From an uncultured Acidobacteriota bacterium (GTDB taxonomy: Bacteria; Acidobacteriota; Polarisedimenticolia; J045), in NCBI GenBank assembly GCA_963702425.1, contig CAVPCQ010000035.1, positions 1 through 64,000 on the forward strand: a stretch of DNA of 64,000 bases. Reading direction: 5' to 3'. Positions 51,501 to 61,573 of this stretch are shown one piece after another. The translations under genes were made by a program, and so were the position numbers. Position 1 is the stretch's first letter; each line of letters starts with the position of its first letter. Under the pieces are notes generated by a model that had not been told where the DNA came from, did not search any database, and saw only the letters and a list, made by a program, of their open reading frames with translations.

Positions 51501-52649
51501 GACGCGCCGCGCGCGGCCGCGCTCGATCACCGCGAGGCCCCCGCCGTTGGTCCCGACCCAGAGGCGACCGCGACGGTCCCCGAAGACCGACCAGGCGTCG
51601 TCGACCGGCAGTCCCTGCTTGCGTGCCAGGGTCGTGAACGCCCCGTCGGAGAACCGGTGCAGGCCACCGCCGTCGGTGCCGACCCAGAGGTTCCCCTCGC
51701 GGTCGATGCCGAGCGAGATGACGTCGTCGTGCGCGAGCCCCTCGGGCGTGCCGAAGTGCTCGAACCGGCCGCCCTCGAAGCGCGCGAGACCGCCGCCCTG
51801 CGTGCCGACCCAGATCGTCCCCTCGGCGTCCTCCGCCAGGGCCTGGACCCGCGTGCGGCGCAGCCCCTCGCGCGCACCGAAGAGGGTCGTCCGGTCCCCG
51901 CGCAGCAGGCCCAGTCCGGCGTCGGTGCCGAACCACAGCGAGCCGTCGAGGGCCGCCATCACGACGTGGATCTCCTGGACCGGTACCCCCTCGTCCGGAC
52001 CGAAGCACCGGAAGCGCCCGTTCTCGAAGACTGCGAGCCCAGCCGCGGTCCCGACCCACAGCCCGCCACCGGGAGCCGAGGCGAGGGTGCGGATCCGCTC
52101 GTCGGGTAACCCGTCGGCGCTCCGGAAGGTCGTGATCCTGCCGCGCTCGAGATGGGCCAGGCCGGCGTCCGCGGTGCCGATCCAGAGCGAGCCGTCGGGC
52201 GGCGCGGCCAGCGCGGCGATCCGCCCGCTCGGCAGGCCGTCCTCCTTCCCGATGCGCCTGAAGCCGCGCGCCGTGCGGCCGACCAGCCCGCCCTCGGTGC
52301 CGATCCAGAGCTCGCCGTCGGGGCCGATCGCGAGCGCCGTCACCTTGTGCGAGCTCAGCTCCGGCGTGTTGCGTCGATTGAAGACCTGGAACGTGACGCC
52401 GTCGAAGCGGACCAGCCCCTCCTGCGTCCCGAGCCAGAGATAGCCGTAGCGCCCCTGCGCGATCGCGGTGACCGAGTTCTGCGGCAGGCCCTGCTCGGCG
52501 CCCCAGCCGCGCTGGGTGTACTGGGTCACGCCGCGCCCCGGGTCGAGCGCCAGCGCCGCGGACCCGGCGGCCAGCAGGCAGGCCGCGGCCGTGAACGCGC
52601 CGCGAGCAGCGCACCTCCCGTGCGAGCGTCGGATCGCCGAAAGCGCCAT
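48576..52649 (-). CDS. Hybrid sensor kinase (Reg_prop propeller, Y_Y_Y, HisKA, HATPase, two REC domains)
   Basis: Repeated DG.LWIGT.GGGL blades, [39 protein letters not shown]. Confidence 0.95.
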   Translation of the reverse strand: MALSAIRRSHGRCAARGAFTAAACLLAAGSAALALDPGRGVTQYTQRGWGAEQGLPQNSVTAIAQGRYGYLWLGTQEGLVRFDGVTFQVFNRRNTPELSSHKVTALAIGPDGELWIGTEGGLVGRTARGFRRIGKEDGLPSGRIAALAAPPDGSLWIGTADAGLAHLERGRITTFRSADGLPDERIRTLASAPGGGLWVGTAAGLAVFENGRFRCFGPDEGVPVQEIHVVMAALDGSLWFGTDAGLGLLRGDRTTLFGAREGLRRTRVQALAEDAEGTIWVGTQGGGLARFEGGRFEHFGTPEGLAHDDVISLGIDREGNLWVGTDGGGLHRFSDGAFTTLARKQGLPVDDAWSVFGDRRGRLWVGTNGGGLAVIERGRARRVELPGAGGADGAIVGAIAEDADGAIWAGLSSAGLARIDRSGKVRIFTPADGLRARHVKTIVPRAAGGLWIGFDDGDGLQCQDGGRFFECAAAAAPGRTVRALAETPDGTLWIGTDGQGLIEQKEGKERSWSLREGLPSVRVLALYAELDGTLWIGTDGGGLARMRGGKLEHADAGTGLFDDIVFSIVDDRRGALWLASNRGVCRMPKREFDGLVSGQVPSAAGRVFGTADGMRSAECNGAYQPAATRSADGRIWFPTVKGIVVTDPARDFGDGVPPQVLIERIEAGHEVQPFAVVAPLPSGVRDLEIGYVGISLKAPERVRYRYILEGYDEEWVDAGDRRTAFYTNLPPGAYTFRVVASNAAGRWSEAGAAQAITVPPLFHETWAFYLLAGTLSVAAFSGIYLARIFKLNRQNRALEERVAVRTAELRQQADQLAAANVELASARDQAEAANRAKSEFLATMSHEIRTPMNGIIGMTELALGTELSPEQREYLGLVKLSAHSLLRLLNDILDLSKVDAGKLQLQHEEFPLRERLGEAIKGLACHAFEKDLELAFRVAPEVPDRLIGDEGRFRQVLVNLIGNAVKFTPRGEVAIEVVARERSATEVLVACTVRDTGIGIPREKLDLIFEPFRQVDGSHTRSYGGTGLGLTISRRMAELMGGDLEVRSEPGRGSTFELTVRFGVASPAGEPDAGRDLASLSGVRALVVDDNATARSHLVAQLIEWGLRAAGANGSADARAVLLRALDEQDPYLLALVDERLGDEPGFAFAREIAEDARFSDVCTVHLAVLGPHSGGMPETESGRSALVTKPVAGAELWRALIEAMGVSSPVSEPGPDETALTGIAARSLAVLVAEDHPVNQRLVTRVLEKAGHRATVVANGQEAVEAFQCGRFDAVLMDVQMPEMDGLAATRAIRALEKTRGGHVPIVAMTARALPQDREECLAAGMDGHLAKPVQSRELRAYLRRIAAADERTVPA

Positions 52650-52787
52650 CTCGATGGGGTTCCTGGTCCCTCGGGGGGCGGCCCTGGGCCGCCGCTCCGA
52701 ATATGGGTTCCCGGTCCCGGAAGCGCCCGGGCGGGGGCGGGCCCGCCGGCTTGCGGTTGCTGTCCCCGATGCGGTCGGCTTACCGGC

Positions 52788-54674
52788 TTACGGTTGCTGT
52801 CCCCGCTCGAGGAGGCGGGCGTAATCGCCGCGCCGGGCGAGCAGGGCCTCGTGGTCCCCCTGCTCGACGATCCGCCCCCCGGAGAGCACGAGGATCCGGT
52901 CGGCGTGGCGAACGGTGGAGAGCCGGTGGGCCACGACGAGGCTGGTTCGACCGGAGGTCAGGCGGGCCAGCGCGCGCTGCAGCGCCTGCTCGGTCTCGGA
53001 GTCGACATTGGCCGTCGCCTCGTCGAGGATCAGCAGCGGCGGGTCGGCGACCAGCGCGCGCGCGAACGACAGCAGCTGCCGCTCGCCGGCCGAGAGGGTG
53101 CGGCCCCCCTCCTCGAGCGGGGCGTCGAGCCCCCCCAGCCGCTCGACCAGGCCGTCGAGGCCGACCGCGGAGAGGCATTCCCGTACCCGCTCCTCCGGGA
53201 CCTCGAGCCCCAGCGTCGCGTTCTCGCGCAGCGAGCCGGCGAACACGACAACCTCCTGCGGGACGATCGCGATCCCGCCCCGCAGCCGGGCCAGCGTGTA
53301 GTCGCGCACGTCCCGCCCGTCGACCAGCACGCGCCCCTCGTCCGGGTCGTGGAAGCGCGAGACCAGCTTGGCGATCGTCGTCTTCCCGGCCCCGGTGTCG
53401 CCGACCAGCGCGATCATCTCGCCGCGCCGCGCCGCGAACTCGATCCCCTCCAGCGCCGGCATGCGCTGGCCGGGATAGGTGAAGCGCACCCCCTCGAAGC
53501 GCAGTGTCCCCTCCCGGACCACGAGCCCCGGATCGGCCTCCGCACGGTCGGCGATCGCCGGCTGCGCGTCGAGCACGGCGGCGATCCGCTCGGCCGCGGT
53601 CAGCGCGGCCTGGATCGTGTTGAACTTCTCGGTCAGGTTGCGCACCGGGATCCAGAGCCGCGTCGTGTACTGGAGGAAGGTCAGCAGCATCCCGACCGAC
53701 ATCAGCCCCGCCGCCACGCGCTGCTGGCCGACGAGCAGGACCAGCGCCGTCGCCAGCGCGGTGACCGACAGCATCGCCGGCCGCAGCAGGGCCCAGGCGC
53801 GGACCACGTCGGTGATCGAGGCCTGGTGCGCGCCGGTCAGCGCCGCGAACTCCTCGCGGCGGCGCCCCTCGGCCCGGTAGAGGTGGTTCTCGCGCATCCC
53901 GGCCAGGTTCTCGGCCAGCCAGGAGTTCATCCGCGACTGCACCGCGGCGTTGGTCCGGAGCGGCCCGCGCGCCATCCGGCGGTAGCCCCAGGCGATCAGC
54001 ACCAGCGGCGGGAAGGTGCCGACCAGGATCGCCGCCAGGGGGGCATCGAGCGCGAACATCACCGCGCCCAGCACGACGACGAAGAACAGGTCGCGCACCC
54101 CCTGCGCGAAGGCGTCCGAGAACAGCTCGGCCAGCGCCTGCACGTCGAAGGTGGTCCGGTTGACGAGCCGGCCGACCGGTTGGACCGCGAACCAGCCGGC
54201 GTCCATCGCCGTGATGCGGCGGAAGACGTCGACGCGGATGTCGTGCACGATCGCCTGGCCGAGCCATTGCACGATGTACGAGGTCACCACCGCAATCGCC
54301 CAGCGCAGCGACCAGACCAGGAAGAGCAGCAGGCCGAGCCCGCCGACCAGCGCCGCCCGCGGACCGATCGCGGCGAGCAGCGCACCGAGCGCGTCGGCGA
54401 TGACCAGAACGCCGCGCTCGAACGCCGAGCCGGGGCGCGCGGCGCCGGTCAGACGATCGACCGCGAGACCGATCACCCAGGCCGGCAGCGTCATCACCAG
54501 CGCCTCGACCAGCGCCAGCACGAGCGCCGCCGCGGCCAGCGCCGGGTGGGGGCCGAGGGCGCCCGCGAAGCGGCGCAGCAGCGCCGCGTCGAGCAGCCGC
54601 GTCTCGACCCGCTCCTCGGCGATCATCCGCTCCAGCACCGGGTCGCGCGGTGCAGCCGGGCGGCGGCCACTCAC
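52788..54674 (-). CDS. ABC exporter, fused permease/ATPase (MdlB-like half)
   Basis: GDTGAGKTT, LSAGERQLL, LDEATA, AHRLST. Confidence 0.93.
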   Translation of the reverse strand: MSGRRPAAPRDPVLERMIAEERVETRLLDAALLRRFAGALGPHPALAAAALVLALVEALVMTLPAWVIGLAVDRLTGAARPGSAFERGVLVIADALGALLAAIGPRAALVGGLGLLLFLVWSLRWAIAVVTSYIVQWLGQAIVHDIRVDVFRRITAMDAGWFAVQPVGRLVNRTTFDVQALAELFSDAFAQGVRDLFFVVVLGAVMFALDAPLAAILVGTFPPLVLIAWGYRRMARGPLRTNAAVQSRMNSWLAENLAGMRENHLYRAEGRRREEFAALTGAHQASITDVVRAWALLRPAMLSVTALATALVLLVGQQRVAAGLMSVGMLLTFLQYTTRLWIPVRNLTEKFNTIQAALTAAERIAAVLDAQPAIADRAEADPGLVVREGTLRFEGVRFTYPGQRMPALEGIEFAARRGEMIALVGDTGAGKTTIAKLVSRFHDPDEGRVLVDGRDVRDYTLARLRGGIAIVPQEVVVFAGSLRENATLGLEVPEERVRECLSAVGLDGLVERLGGLDAPLEEGGRTLSAGERQLLSFARALVADPPLLILDEATANVDSETEQALQRALARLTSGRTSLVVAHRLSTVRHADRILVLSGGRIVEQGDHEALLARRGDYARLLERGQQP

Positions 54675-56464
54675 GGGGCATCCCCCTCGGTCCGGGTCTG
54701 GGCGCGCGCGATCGTCGCGTACCAGCCGCCGCGGGCGACCAAAGCGGCGTGGGTGCCGCGCTCGACGACCCGTCCGCCGTCCAGCACGAGGATCTCGTCG
54801 CAGCGCCGGACCGCGCGCACGCGCTGGCTGATCACGATCCCGCTGCGCCCGGCCAGGGCCTCGTCGAGATTGGCCAGGATCTCCGCCTCGGTCGCCGCGT
54901 CGACCGCCGCCAGGCAGTCGTCGAGCACCAGCACGCGGGGCGCGGCCCCGACCGCGCGCGCGATCGCCAGCCGCTGGCGCTGGCCGCCCGACAGGTTGAC
55001 CCCGCGCTCGCCGAGCAGCGTCGCGTACCCTTCCGGCAGCGCCTCGATCTCGTCGTCGATCGCCGCCAGCCGCGCCAGCCGGCGCGCGTCGAGGCGGTCG
55101 GTCGCGGAGGCCAGCACGATGTTGCTGAGGACGGTGTCGCCGAACAGGAAGGTGTCCTGTGGGGCGACCGCGATCGCGCCGCGCAGCGAGGCGAGCGTGA
55201 GCTGCCGCACGTCCACCCCGTCGAGCAGGATCGTCCCGGGCGGCGGCTCGTAGAGCCGGACGAGGAGGGCGGCCAGGGTCGACTTGCCGCCGCCGACCGG
55301 GCCGGTGACGCCGAGCGTGCCGCCGGGCGGGAGGGTGATCGACACCCCTTCGAGCGCCGGCGCTTCGGCCCCGGCGTAGCGGAAGGTCAGGTCCTTCACC
55401 TCGATCCGCCCGGGCCCCGCGGCCTCGACCGCGTCCGCCGCGCTCTCGATCTCGACCGGCTCCGCCAGCAGCGCGTCGATCCGCTGGAGCGATTTGCGGC
55501 CGCGCTGCATCAGCGAGACGGCCCAGCCGAACCCGATCATCGGGCCGGAGAGCTGGCCGACCAGGTACAGGAAGGCGGTGAACGCGCCGATCGACAGCGT
55601 CCCCTTCGCCAGCTGCACGCCGCCCGCGACGAGCACGAAGAGCGTGGAGAGACCGAGGAAGTACTCGAGCGACGGATCGAACAGGCTGCGGATCCGGGCC
55701 AGCCGCAGGTTCAGCGCGAAGTGGCGGCGCGAGTCGGCGGCGAAGCGCGCGCGCTCGAACTCCTCGCGCGCGTAGCCCTGCAGCAGGCGGATCCCGGCGT
55801 AGGTCTCGCGGGCCCGCTCGGTCAGCTTCGCGAGGTCCTCCTGCACCGCCCCGAAGCGCGCGAACTCGGCGTGCGAGACGCGCTGCGTGAAGAGCGCGAT
55901 CGCGGGCAGCGGGATCAGCGCCGCCAGCGTCAGCGGGACCGACAGCGTGGCCATCGTCCCCAGCACGAAGACGATCAGCAGCAGGGTGTCGACCAGCAGC
56001 AGGACGCCGGGGCCGAGGGCCATCCGCAGGGCCTGGGTGTCGGCCGTCGCCAGCGACATCAGGTCACCCGAGCGGGAGCGGTCGAAGAACGGGCGCGCGA
56101 GCCGCAGCAGGTGTCCGACCAGCGCCTGCCGGACCCCCTGCACGACGCGGTGCGAAGGGACCGAGACGTTCATCAGCATCGGGTAGCGGAAGAGGTTCGA
56201 CAGCAGGGAGATCGCCAGGAAGGCGGCGACCGCCGCGCCGACCGAGCCGGTCGCTCCGCTCAGCCCGAGCCAGACGAGCAGCCGCGGGACCGCGGCGGGC
56301 TGCCCCGCCGCGCCGGCCGCGACCCGGTCGATCGCCACCGCCAGGAAGAGCGGGGCCAGGACGTCGGTCAGGTTCACCACCAGCAGCGAGAGCAGCCCGA
56401 AAGCGTAGCGGCCGCGCTCGGGGCGCAGGAGCTGGGCCAGGCGGCGGGTCGTGGCGGTCGGCAT
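54671..56464 (-). CDS. ABC exporter, fused permease/ATPase (MdlA-like degenerate half)
   Basis: GPVGGGKST, LSGGQRQR, degenerate LDDC Walker B and SQR switch. Confidence 0.93.
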   Translation of the reverse strand: MPTATTRRLAQLLRPERGRYAFGLLSLLVVNLTDVLAPLFLAVAIDRVAAGAAGQPAAVPRLLVWLGLSGATGSVGAAVAAFLAISLLSNLFRYPMLMNVSVPSHRVVQGVRQALVGHLLRLARPFFDRSRSGDLMSLATADTQALRMALGPGVLLLVDTLLLIVFVLGTMATLSVPLTLAALIPLPAIALFTQRVSHAEFARFGAVQEDLAKLTERARETYAGIRLLQGYAREEFERARFAADSRRHFALNLRLARIRSLFDPSLEYFLGLSTLFVLVAGGVQLAKGTLSIGAFTAFLYLVGQLSGPMIGFGWAVSLMQRGRKSLQRIDALLAEPVEIESAADAVEAAGPGRIEVKDLTFRYAGAEAPALEGVSITLPPGGTLGVTGPVGGGKSTLAALLVRLYEPPPGTILLDGVDVRQLTLASLRGAIAVAPQDTFLFGDTVLSNIVLASATDRLDARRLARLAAIDDEIEALPEGYATLLGERGVNLSGGQRQRLAIARAVGAAPRVLVLDDCLAAVDAATEAEILANLDEALAGRSGIVISQRVRAVRRCDEILVLDGGRVVERGTHAALVARGGWYATIARAQTRTEGDAP

Positions 56465-56644
56465 CGGGGGCGCGAAACGGAGAGGTTAGCCCGGACCGCG
56501 GCCTTTCTCCCGTGCCCCGGCGCGCCCGGAACGCGCCGGGCTTGCCGGGCCGCTCCGCCGGGACCTAGCTTCGCCTCACCCGGTCTCCTGCCCGACCGCT
56601 CGGCCCCTTCCCGCGGCCGCTCGCGCTCTCCCCTTCCCGCCCCC

Positions 56645-56670
56645 GCAACCTTCCGCCGCGCCGTCCGTTT
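56645..56670 (+). promoter_or_regulatory. Possible ECF sigma promoter
   Basis: GCAACC-N16-GTTT (CGTT) upstream of the two exported hypothetical genes. Confidence 0.35.
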
Positions 56671-56726
56671 CGAGCGGCGAAGGCCGGGGAGGCTCCCACC
56701 GGGGCCGGCCCCAGGGAGGCACGATC

Positions 56727-57305
56727 ATGAAGGCCCGGATCATCGCCGTATCGCTCGCCCTCGCCGCCGCGCTCTTCGTCTTCGCCCCCGCGCTCGCCGC
56801 CGACGCCTGGCTGCACCTGCGGGTCGAGAAGTCCGGGGACGACCCCGAGACGGTCTCGATCAACGTCCCGCTCGATCTGGCCGCGAAGGTCCTCGCCGCC
56901 GTCGACGACGAACACCTCAAGGGGGGCAAGATCGTCTTCGACGTGGAGGACCACGCCGACGTCGACCTGGTCGCGATGTGGAAGGCCGTCCGCGAGGCGC
57001 CGGACGCCGAGTTCGTCACCGTGAAGTCGCGCTCGGAGAACGTCCGCGTCGCGAAGGACAAGGGGTTCCTCGTCATCCTGGCCGACGAGAAGTCGGACGA
57101 GGAGGGGCAGCGCTCCACGGTCCGGGTGAAGGTCCCGCTGGCCGTCGCCGACGCGCTGTTCGGGGCCGCCGGCGCGAAGGGGGAGCTGGATCTCGTCGCG
57201 GCGCTGCGCGAGCTGCAGCGCACAGGCAACGGGGAGCTGATGACGGTCGAGGACGGCGACGAAACCGTCCGGATCTGGATCGACGACCGGAACGAGGCGC
57301 CGTAG
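56727..57305 (+). CDS. Secreted hypothetical protein with two internal repeats
   Basis: GGAGG SD, signal peptide ending ALA, duplicated V.(I/V).VPL...DLVA...TV...E.VR unit. Confidence 0.8.
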   Translation: MKARIIAVSLALAAALFVFAPALAADAWLHLRVEKSGDDPETVSINVPLDLAAKVLAAVDDEHLKGGKIVFDVEDHADVDLVAMWKAVREAPDAEFVTVKSRSENVRVAKDKGFLVILADEKSDEEGQRSTVRVKVPLAVADALFGAAGAKGELDLVAALRELQRTGNGELMTVEDGDETVRIWIDDRNEAP

Positions 57306-57330
57306 CGCGCCGCGCGGCACGGGAGGATCG

Positions 57331-57855
57331 ATGGCCATGACCCGCGGAACGAAGATCGTCATCACCGGCGTCGTCGCGACGGCCCTGCTCGCGCTCGCCG
57401 GGGTTGCCTGGGCCAGCTCGGCGGTCCGCCACGCCTCCGGCGGCTCGGTCCGGATCGAGGTCCACGAGCAGAACGGCGAGGACGTGAGGATCGCGGTCCC
57501 CGGCTTCGTCGTCGGGATGGCGATCGCGCTCGCGCCGGACGAGGCCCTGTCCGGCGCGTTCGACGAGGCGCGCCCGTGGCTCGACGTCGCCCGCGTGGCG
57601 GCCGAAGAGCTCAGCAAGGCCGGGGACTTCACGCTCGTCTCGGTGGTCAAGCGCGACGAGCGGGTCACGATCCGGACCTCAGCAGGTGCGCTGGTGGTCG
57701 AGGTGCACGAGCGCGGCGACCACGTGCGGATCGAGATGCCGCTGCGGACGGTCGACCGGATCGTGCGCCGGCTCGACCGCGCCGCGGCCCGCACCGCACG
57801 CGCGGAGCGCCGCACGGAGGTCCCGGAGGCCCCGGCGACGGGCGCCGCGATGTAG
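57331..57855 (+). CDS. Membrane-anchored or exported hypothetical protein, distantly similar to the upstream gene
   Basis: GGAGG SD, N-terminal hydrophobic helix, EVHE...VRI.(V/M)P repeated twice. Confidence 0.75.
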   Translation: MAMTRGTKIVITGVVATALLALAGVAWASSAVRHASGGSVRIEVHEQNGEDVRIAVPGFVVGMAIALAPDEALSGAFDEARPWLDVARVAAEELSKAGDFTLVSVVKRDERVTIRTSAGALVVEVHERGDHVRIEMPLRTVDRIVRRLDRAAARTARAERRTEVPEAPATGAAM

Positions 57856-57902
57856 CCCGGCCGCGGTGGCGGCGCGCGGCGCGCCGCTCCATCCTGTGTC
57901 GC

Positions 57903-59381
57903 ATGGACGATCCGGCCGGCGACGCGCTCTTCCGCGCCTTCGATCCCGAGGTCTTCCGCCGCGACGGCCACGCCACCGTCGATCTGCTCGCGGGCTACCT
58001 CCGGGCGGCACTCGAGGAACGAAGCCTGCCGGTCCTGCCCTGGACGCCGCCGCGGGCGATGCTGGACGAGTGGCCGGGCGACTTCCCCGAGCGCGGCGGC
58101 ATGCCGTTCGCCGAGCTGGTCGAGCGCGCGCTCGCCGGCTCGACGCACCTGCATCACCCGCGTTTCGTCGGCCACCAGGTCACGGCGCCGCTGCCGCTCG
58201 CGGCGCTGGCGGAGCTGGTCGCCGCGCTGCTCAACAACGGGATGGCGGTCTACGAGATGGGTCCGGCCGCGACCGCGATGGAGCGGACGGTCATCGGTTT
58301 CCTGGGGCGGGCGCTCGGGTTCGACGGCGGCGATCCCGGCCCCGGCGGGGCCGGCTGCGACGGGGTGCTCACCTCGGGCGGCTCGCTCGGCAACCTGACG
58401 GCGCTGCTGGCCGCCCGGCAGTTCCGGGCCGGCTACGATGCCTGGGGCGCCGGCGCGCACGCCGGGCCGCCGCTGGCGCTGCTCGCCGGCGCCGACGCGC
58501 ACTACGCGATCGCGCGGGCGGCCGGGGTGATGGGGCTCGGCGCGGAGGGCCTGGTGCGCGTGCGGCTCGACGAGCGCCGGCGCCTCGATCCGGACGCGCT
58601 GGGTCCGGCGCTCGACGCCGCGACCCGCGCCGGGCGACGGGTGATCGGCCTGGTCGCCAACGCCGGCTCGACCCCGGTCGGCGCCTTCGACCCGCTCGAC
58701 GCGAGCGCGGACTTCTGCGCCGCGAAGGGGCTCTGGCTGCATGTCGACGGGGCGCACGGGGCGGCGGCCGCGCTCTCGCCGAAGTACCGCGGCCTCGTCT
58801 CGGGGATTGAGCGCGCCGACTCGGTCGTCTGGGACGCGCACAAGATGCTGCTGGTCCCGGCGCTGGTCACCGCGGTGCTGTTCCGGGACGGCCGGCGCTC
58901 GTGGGACCCCTTCGCCGAGGAGGCCTCGTACCTGTTCCCGGGTGAACGCCGCGAAGATGACGCCGAGTGGTTCAACCTCGCGCACCGCACGCTCGAGTGC
59001 ACCAAGCGGATGATGGCCTTCGAGCTCTACGCGGTGCTGGCGGCCTACGGCCCGGCGCTGCTGGGCGACTACGTCACGCGCTGCTTCGACCTGGGGCGCC
59101 GTTTCGGCGAGCTGCTCGAGGAGACCTCCGACTTCGAGCTGCCGGTCGTCCCGGAGGCGAACATCGTCTGCTTCCGCCACGTTCCACCCGGGCGCGACGA
59201 CGATCTCGACGCGGTCCAGGAGCGGGTCCGGCGCCGCTTGATCGAGGACGGCAGCTTCTACCTGGTGCAGACGCGACTCGACGGCGCGGTGCACCTGCGC
59301 ACGACGCTGATCCACCCGCGCACGGCGGAGTCCGACCTGATCGACCTGCTGGCTGCGATCCGCCGGGCCGCGGCGGACTAG
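57903..59381 (+). CDS. Group II PLP-dependent decarboxylase
   Basis: HHPRFVGHQV, TSGGSLGNL, WLHVDGAHG, ADSVVWDAHK (PLP lysine). Confidence 0.92.
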   Translation: MDDPAGDALFRAFDPEVFRRDGHATVDLLAGYLRAALEERSLPVLPWTPPRAMLDEWPGDFPERGGMPFAELVERALAGSTHLHHPRFVGHQVTAPLPLAALAELVAALLNNGMAVYEMGPAATAMERTVIGFLGRALGFDGGDPGPGGAGCDGVLTSGGSLGNLTALLAARQFRAGYDAWGAGAHAGPPLALLAGADAHYAIARAAGVMGLGAEGLVRVRLDERRRLDPDALGPALDAATRAGRRVIGLVANAGSTPVGAFDPLDASADFCAAKGLWLHVDGAHGAAAALSPKYRGLVSGIERADSVVWDAHKMLLVPALVTAVLFRDGRRSWDPFAEEASYLFPGERREDDAEWFNLAHRTLECTKRMMAFELYAVLAAYGPALLGDYVTRCFDLGRRFGELLEETSDFELPVVPEANIVCFRHVPPGRDDDLDAVQERVRRRLIEDGSFYLVQTRLDGAVHLRTTLIHPRTAESDLIDLLAAIRRAAAD

Positions 59382-59392
59382 CGGTCGGCCGC

Positions 59393-60160
59393 GTGGAACT
59401 CTCCGCGCCGCTCGTCGCCGGGCTCGCTGCAGTCGGCGCGACCGCCGGCTTCGTCGACGCGATCGCCGGCGGCGGCGGCCTGCTCACGCTCCCGGCGATC
59501 CTGCTGACCGGCCTGCCGCCGCACCTCGCGCTGGGTACCAACAAGGGGCAGAGCGTCTTCGGCACGGCCTCCTCGCTGCTGCGCTATGCCCGCTCGCCGC
59601 TGCTCGACCAGCGCCGGGCGCGGATCGGCGTCGTCCCCGCGCTGGCCGGGTCGGCGGCCGGCGTGCTCGCCGTGCGGGCGGTCGCGCCCGCGGCCCTCGC
59701 GCCGCTGGTGATGGTGCTGCTGGCGGCGGTGGCGATCTTCTTCATCGTGCGCCGTCCTCCGGCGCGCGACGGCGCGCGGACGCCGCCGCGCGACCGGCCC
59801 TGGACGCTGGCCGCACTCGTCGCGTTCGGGCTGGCGTTCTACGACGGCTTCTTCGGGCCGGGGATGGGGACGTTCCTGATCGCGATCTACACGCTGCTCT
59901 GGCACGACCCGCTCGACGCCGCGAGCGCCAACGCGAAGGTCGTCAACTTCTGCTCGAACCTCGCGGCCGCGGTTTCCTTCGCGGCGGCCGGCCTGACGGT
60001 CTGGAGCGTCGCGCTGCCGATGGGAGCCGGACAGCTCGTCGGGAGCTGGCTCGGCGCGCACCTGACGGTCCGCCGCGGCCAGGGGCTGGTGCGCGGAGCG
60101 GTCATCCTCGTCAGCCTGGCGCTGCTGGTGCGCCTGGCGTGGCAGTTCAGCCGCGGCTGA
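59393..60160 (+). CDS. TSUP (TauE/SafE, YfcA-like) family transporter
   Basis: AGFVDAIAGGGGLLTLP, ALGTNK, FYDGFFGPGMG, ANAK..N. Confidence 0.92.
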   Translation: MELSAPLVAGLAAVGATAGFVDAIAGGGGLLTLPAILLTGLPPHLALGTNKGQSVFGTASSLLRYARSPLLDQRRARIGVVPALAGSAAGVLAVRAVAPAALAPLVMVLLAAVAIFFIVRRPPARDGARTPPRDRPWTLAALVAFGLAFYDGFFGPGMGTFLIAIYTLLWHDPLDAASANAKVVNFCSNLAAAVSFAAAGLTVWSVALPMGAGQLVGSWLGAHLTVRRGQGLVRGAVILVSLALLVRLAWQFSRG

Positions 60161-61487
60161 CGCGCCACAGGCCGGCACGCCGCGCGGTCGCGGCGTAGCC
60201 GCCGATCCCCCAACCCAGCACCAGCGCCGCGCCGACCAGCGACAGCCCGCCGACCGCGACGAGCGCGGCGGGAAGCGCCGCCTCGTCGCCGAAGACGCGG
60301 TCGGTCGCCAGCGCCACCGCGGTCGGGCCGAGGCCCAGTCCAACGAGGTTCTGCAGGAGCAGGTAGAGCGCGACGACCTGGCCACGCAGCCGGTTCGGCG
60401 CGAGGTCGGCAATCGCGGCCGCCAGCGCGCCCCAGGGCGCGGTGAGGCAGAAGACCAGCGCCACGAAGAACGACGCCGCCAGGCCCGCCGAAGGGGCGAG
60501 CGCGAAGCCGGCCAACAGCGGTAGCGCTCCCGCCGCAGCGACGAGTGGAACACGGAAGCGCGCCGCGCGAACGCCGCGTCCGTGCCAGCGATCGGCCAGC
60601 CGTCCGCCCACGACCATTCCCGCCGTCCCGGCGACGAGCATCGTCAGCCCCTGCAGCGCCCCGGCGGCGGCGAGCGAGAGGCCGTGCACGCGCACGAAGA
60701 AGGTGACGGCCCAGGCCTGCACTCCGTAGACCGCGGCGCCAAGCGCCGCGGCGCCGAGGAACAGCGCGACCAGGCTGCGTGCGTTCTCGCGCAGGTACGA
60801 GACGAGCGCACCAAGCGGCGCGTCGGCCGCCGCGGCGCCGGCCCCCTGGCGTTCCGGCTCCCGCACCGCGAGCATCAGCGCCGCCACGCCCAGGCCCGGC
60901 AGCCCGATCCAGAGGAAGACCGATTGCCAGGCGAAGATCGTCTGCCCCGTCGGCAGCGCGATCGTGCCGGAGCCGGCCGCGGTGGCGAGCGTCCCGCCGA
61001 GCAGCGTCGCGAGGCCCGAGCCGACGGTGCTCCCCGCGGCGAAGAGCCCGCTCGCTCCCGCGACCTGCCGCGGCGGGAAGAGGTCGGCGATCATCGAGTA
61101 GGCAGCCGGGGCCAGCGTCGCCTCCCCGATCCCGACCGCCGCCCGCGCGAGCAGCAGCTCGCCGTAGCCGTCGGCCAGCGCCGCGGCCGCGGTCGCGAAG
61201 CTCCAGGTCGCGATCCCGGCGGCCGCGATCGTGCGGCGCGTGCCGCGGTCGACGAGGCGGCCGAGCAGGAGACCGGACAGGACGTAGGTCGTCGAGAACG
61301 CCGCCCCCATCAGCAGGCTCAGCTGCGTGTCGCTGAGCGCGAGGTCGCGCTTGAGCGGGACGGCGAGCGCGAACAGCACGGCGCGGTCGAGGAACGACGA
61401 GACCTGCGCCAGCACGAGCACGGCGAGTGCGCCCCAGGCGGCGGGGGCGGCAGCGGGAGGACGGACGGGCGGAGGCGGGTCGATCAC
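60147..61487 (-). CDS. MFS transporter, spinster-like (start approximate)
   Basis: SFLDR, LSDTQL, GRLVDRGTRR, RAAVGIGEA...SMIADLFP, GLGLGP. Confidence 0.9.
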   Translation of the reverse strand: MIDPPPPVRPPAAAPAAWGALAVLVLAQVSSFLDRAVLFALAVPLKRDLALSDTQLSLLMGAAFSTTYVLSGLLLGRLVDRGTRRTIAAAGIATWSFATAAAALADGYGELLLARAAVGIGEATLAPAAYSMIADLFPPRQVAGASGLFAAGSTVGSGLATLLGGTLATAAGSGTIALPTGQTIFAWQSVFLWIGLPGLGVAALMLAVREPERQGAGAAAADAPLGALVSYLRENARSLVALFLGAAALGAAVYGVQAWAVTFFVRVHGLSLAAAGALQGLTMLVAGTAGMVVGGRLADRWHGRGVRAARFRVPLVAAAGALPLLAGFALAPSAGLAASFFVALVFCLTAPWGALAAAIADLAPNRLRGQVVALYLLLQNLVGLGLGPTAVALATDRVFGDEAALPAALVAVGGLSLVGAALVLGWGIGGYAATARRAGLWRVSRG

Positions 61488-61514
61488 GGGGAGTCCGGGG
61501 GCGGAGGATACGGC

Positions 61515-61557
61515 TTGACCGGGGACCGGCAGGGCTGTACTTTGTATTGCAAAGTAC
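61515..61557 (+). promoter_or_regulatory. sigma70 promoter overlapped by a palindromic operator
   Basis: TTGACC-17 bp-TACTTT; perfect inverted repeat GTACTTTG-N5-CAAAGTAC at 61537-61557. Confidence 0.8.
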
Positions 61558-61573
61558 TTCATAGGAGCTGTTC

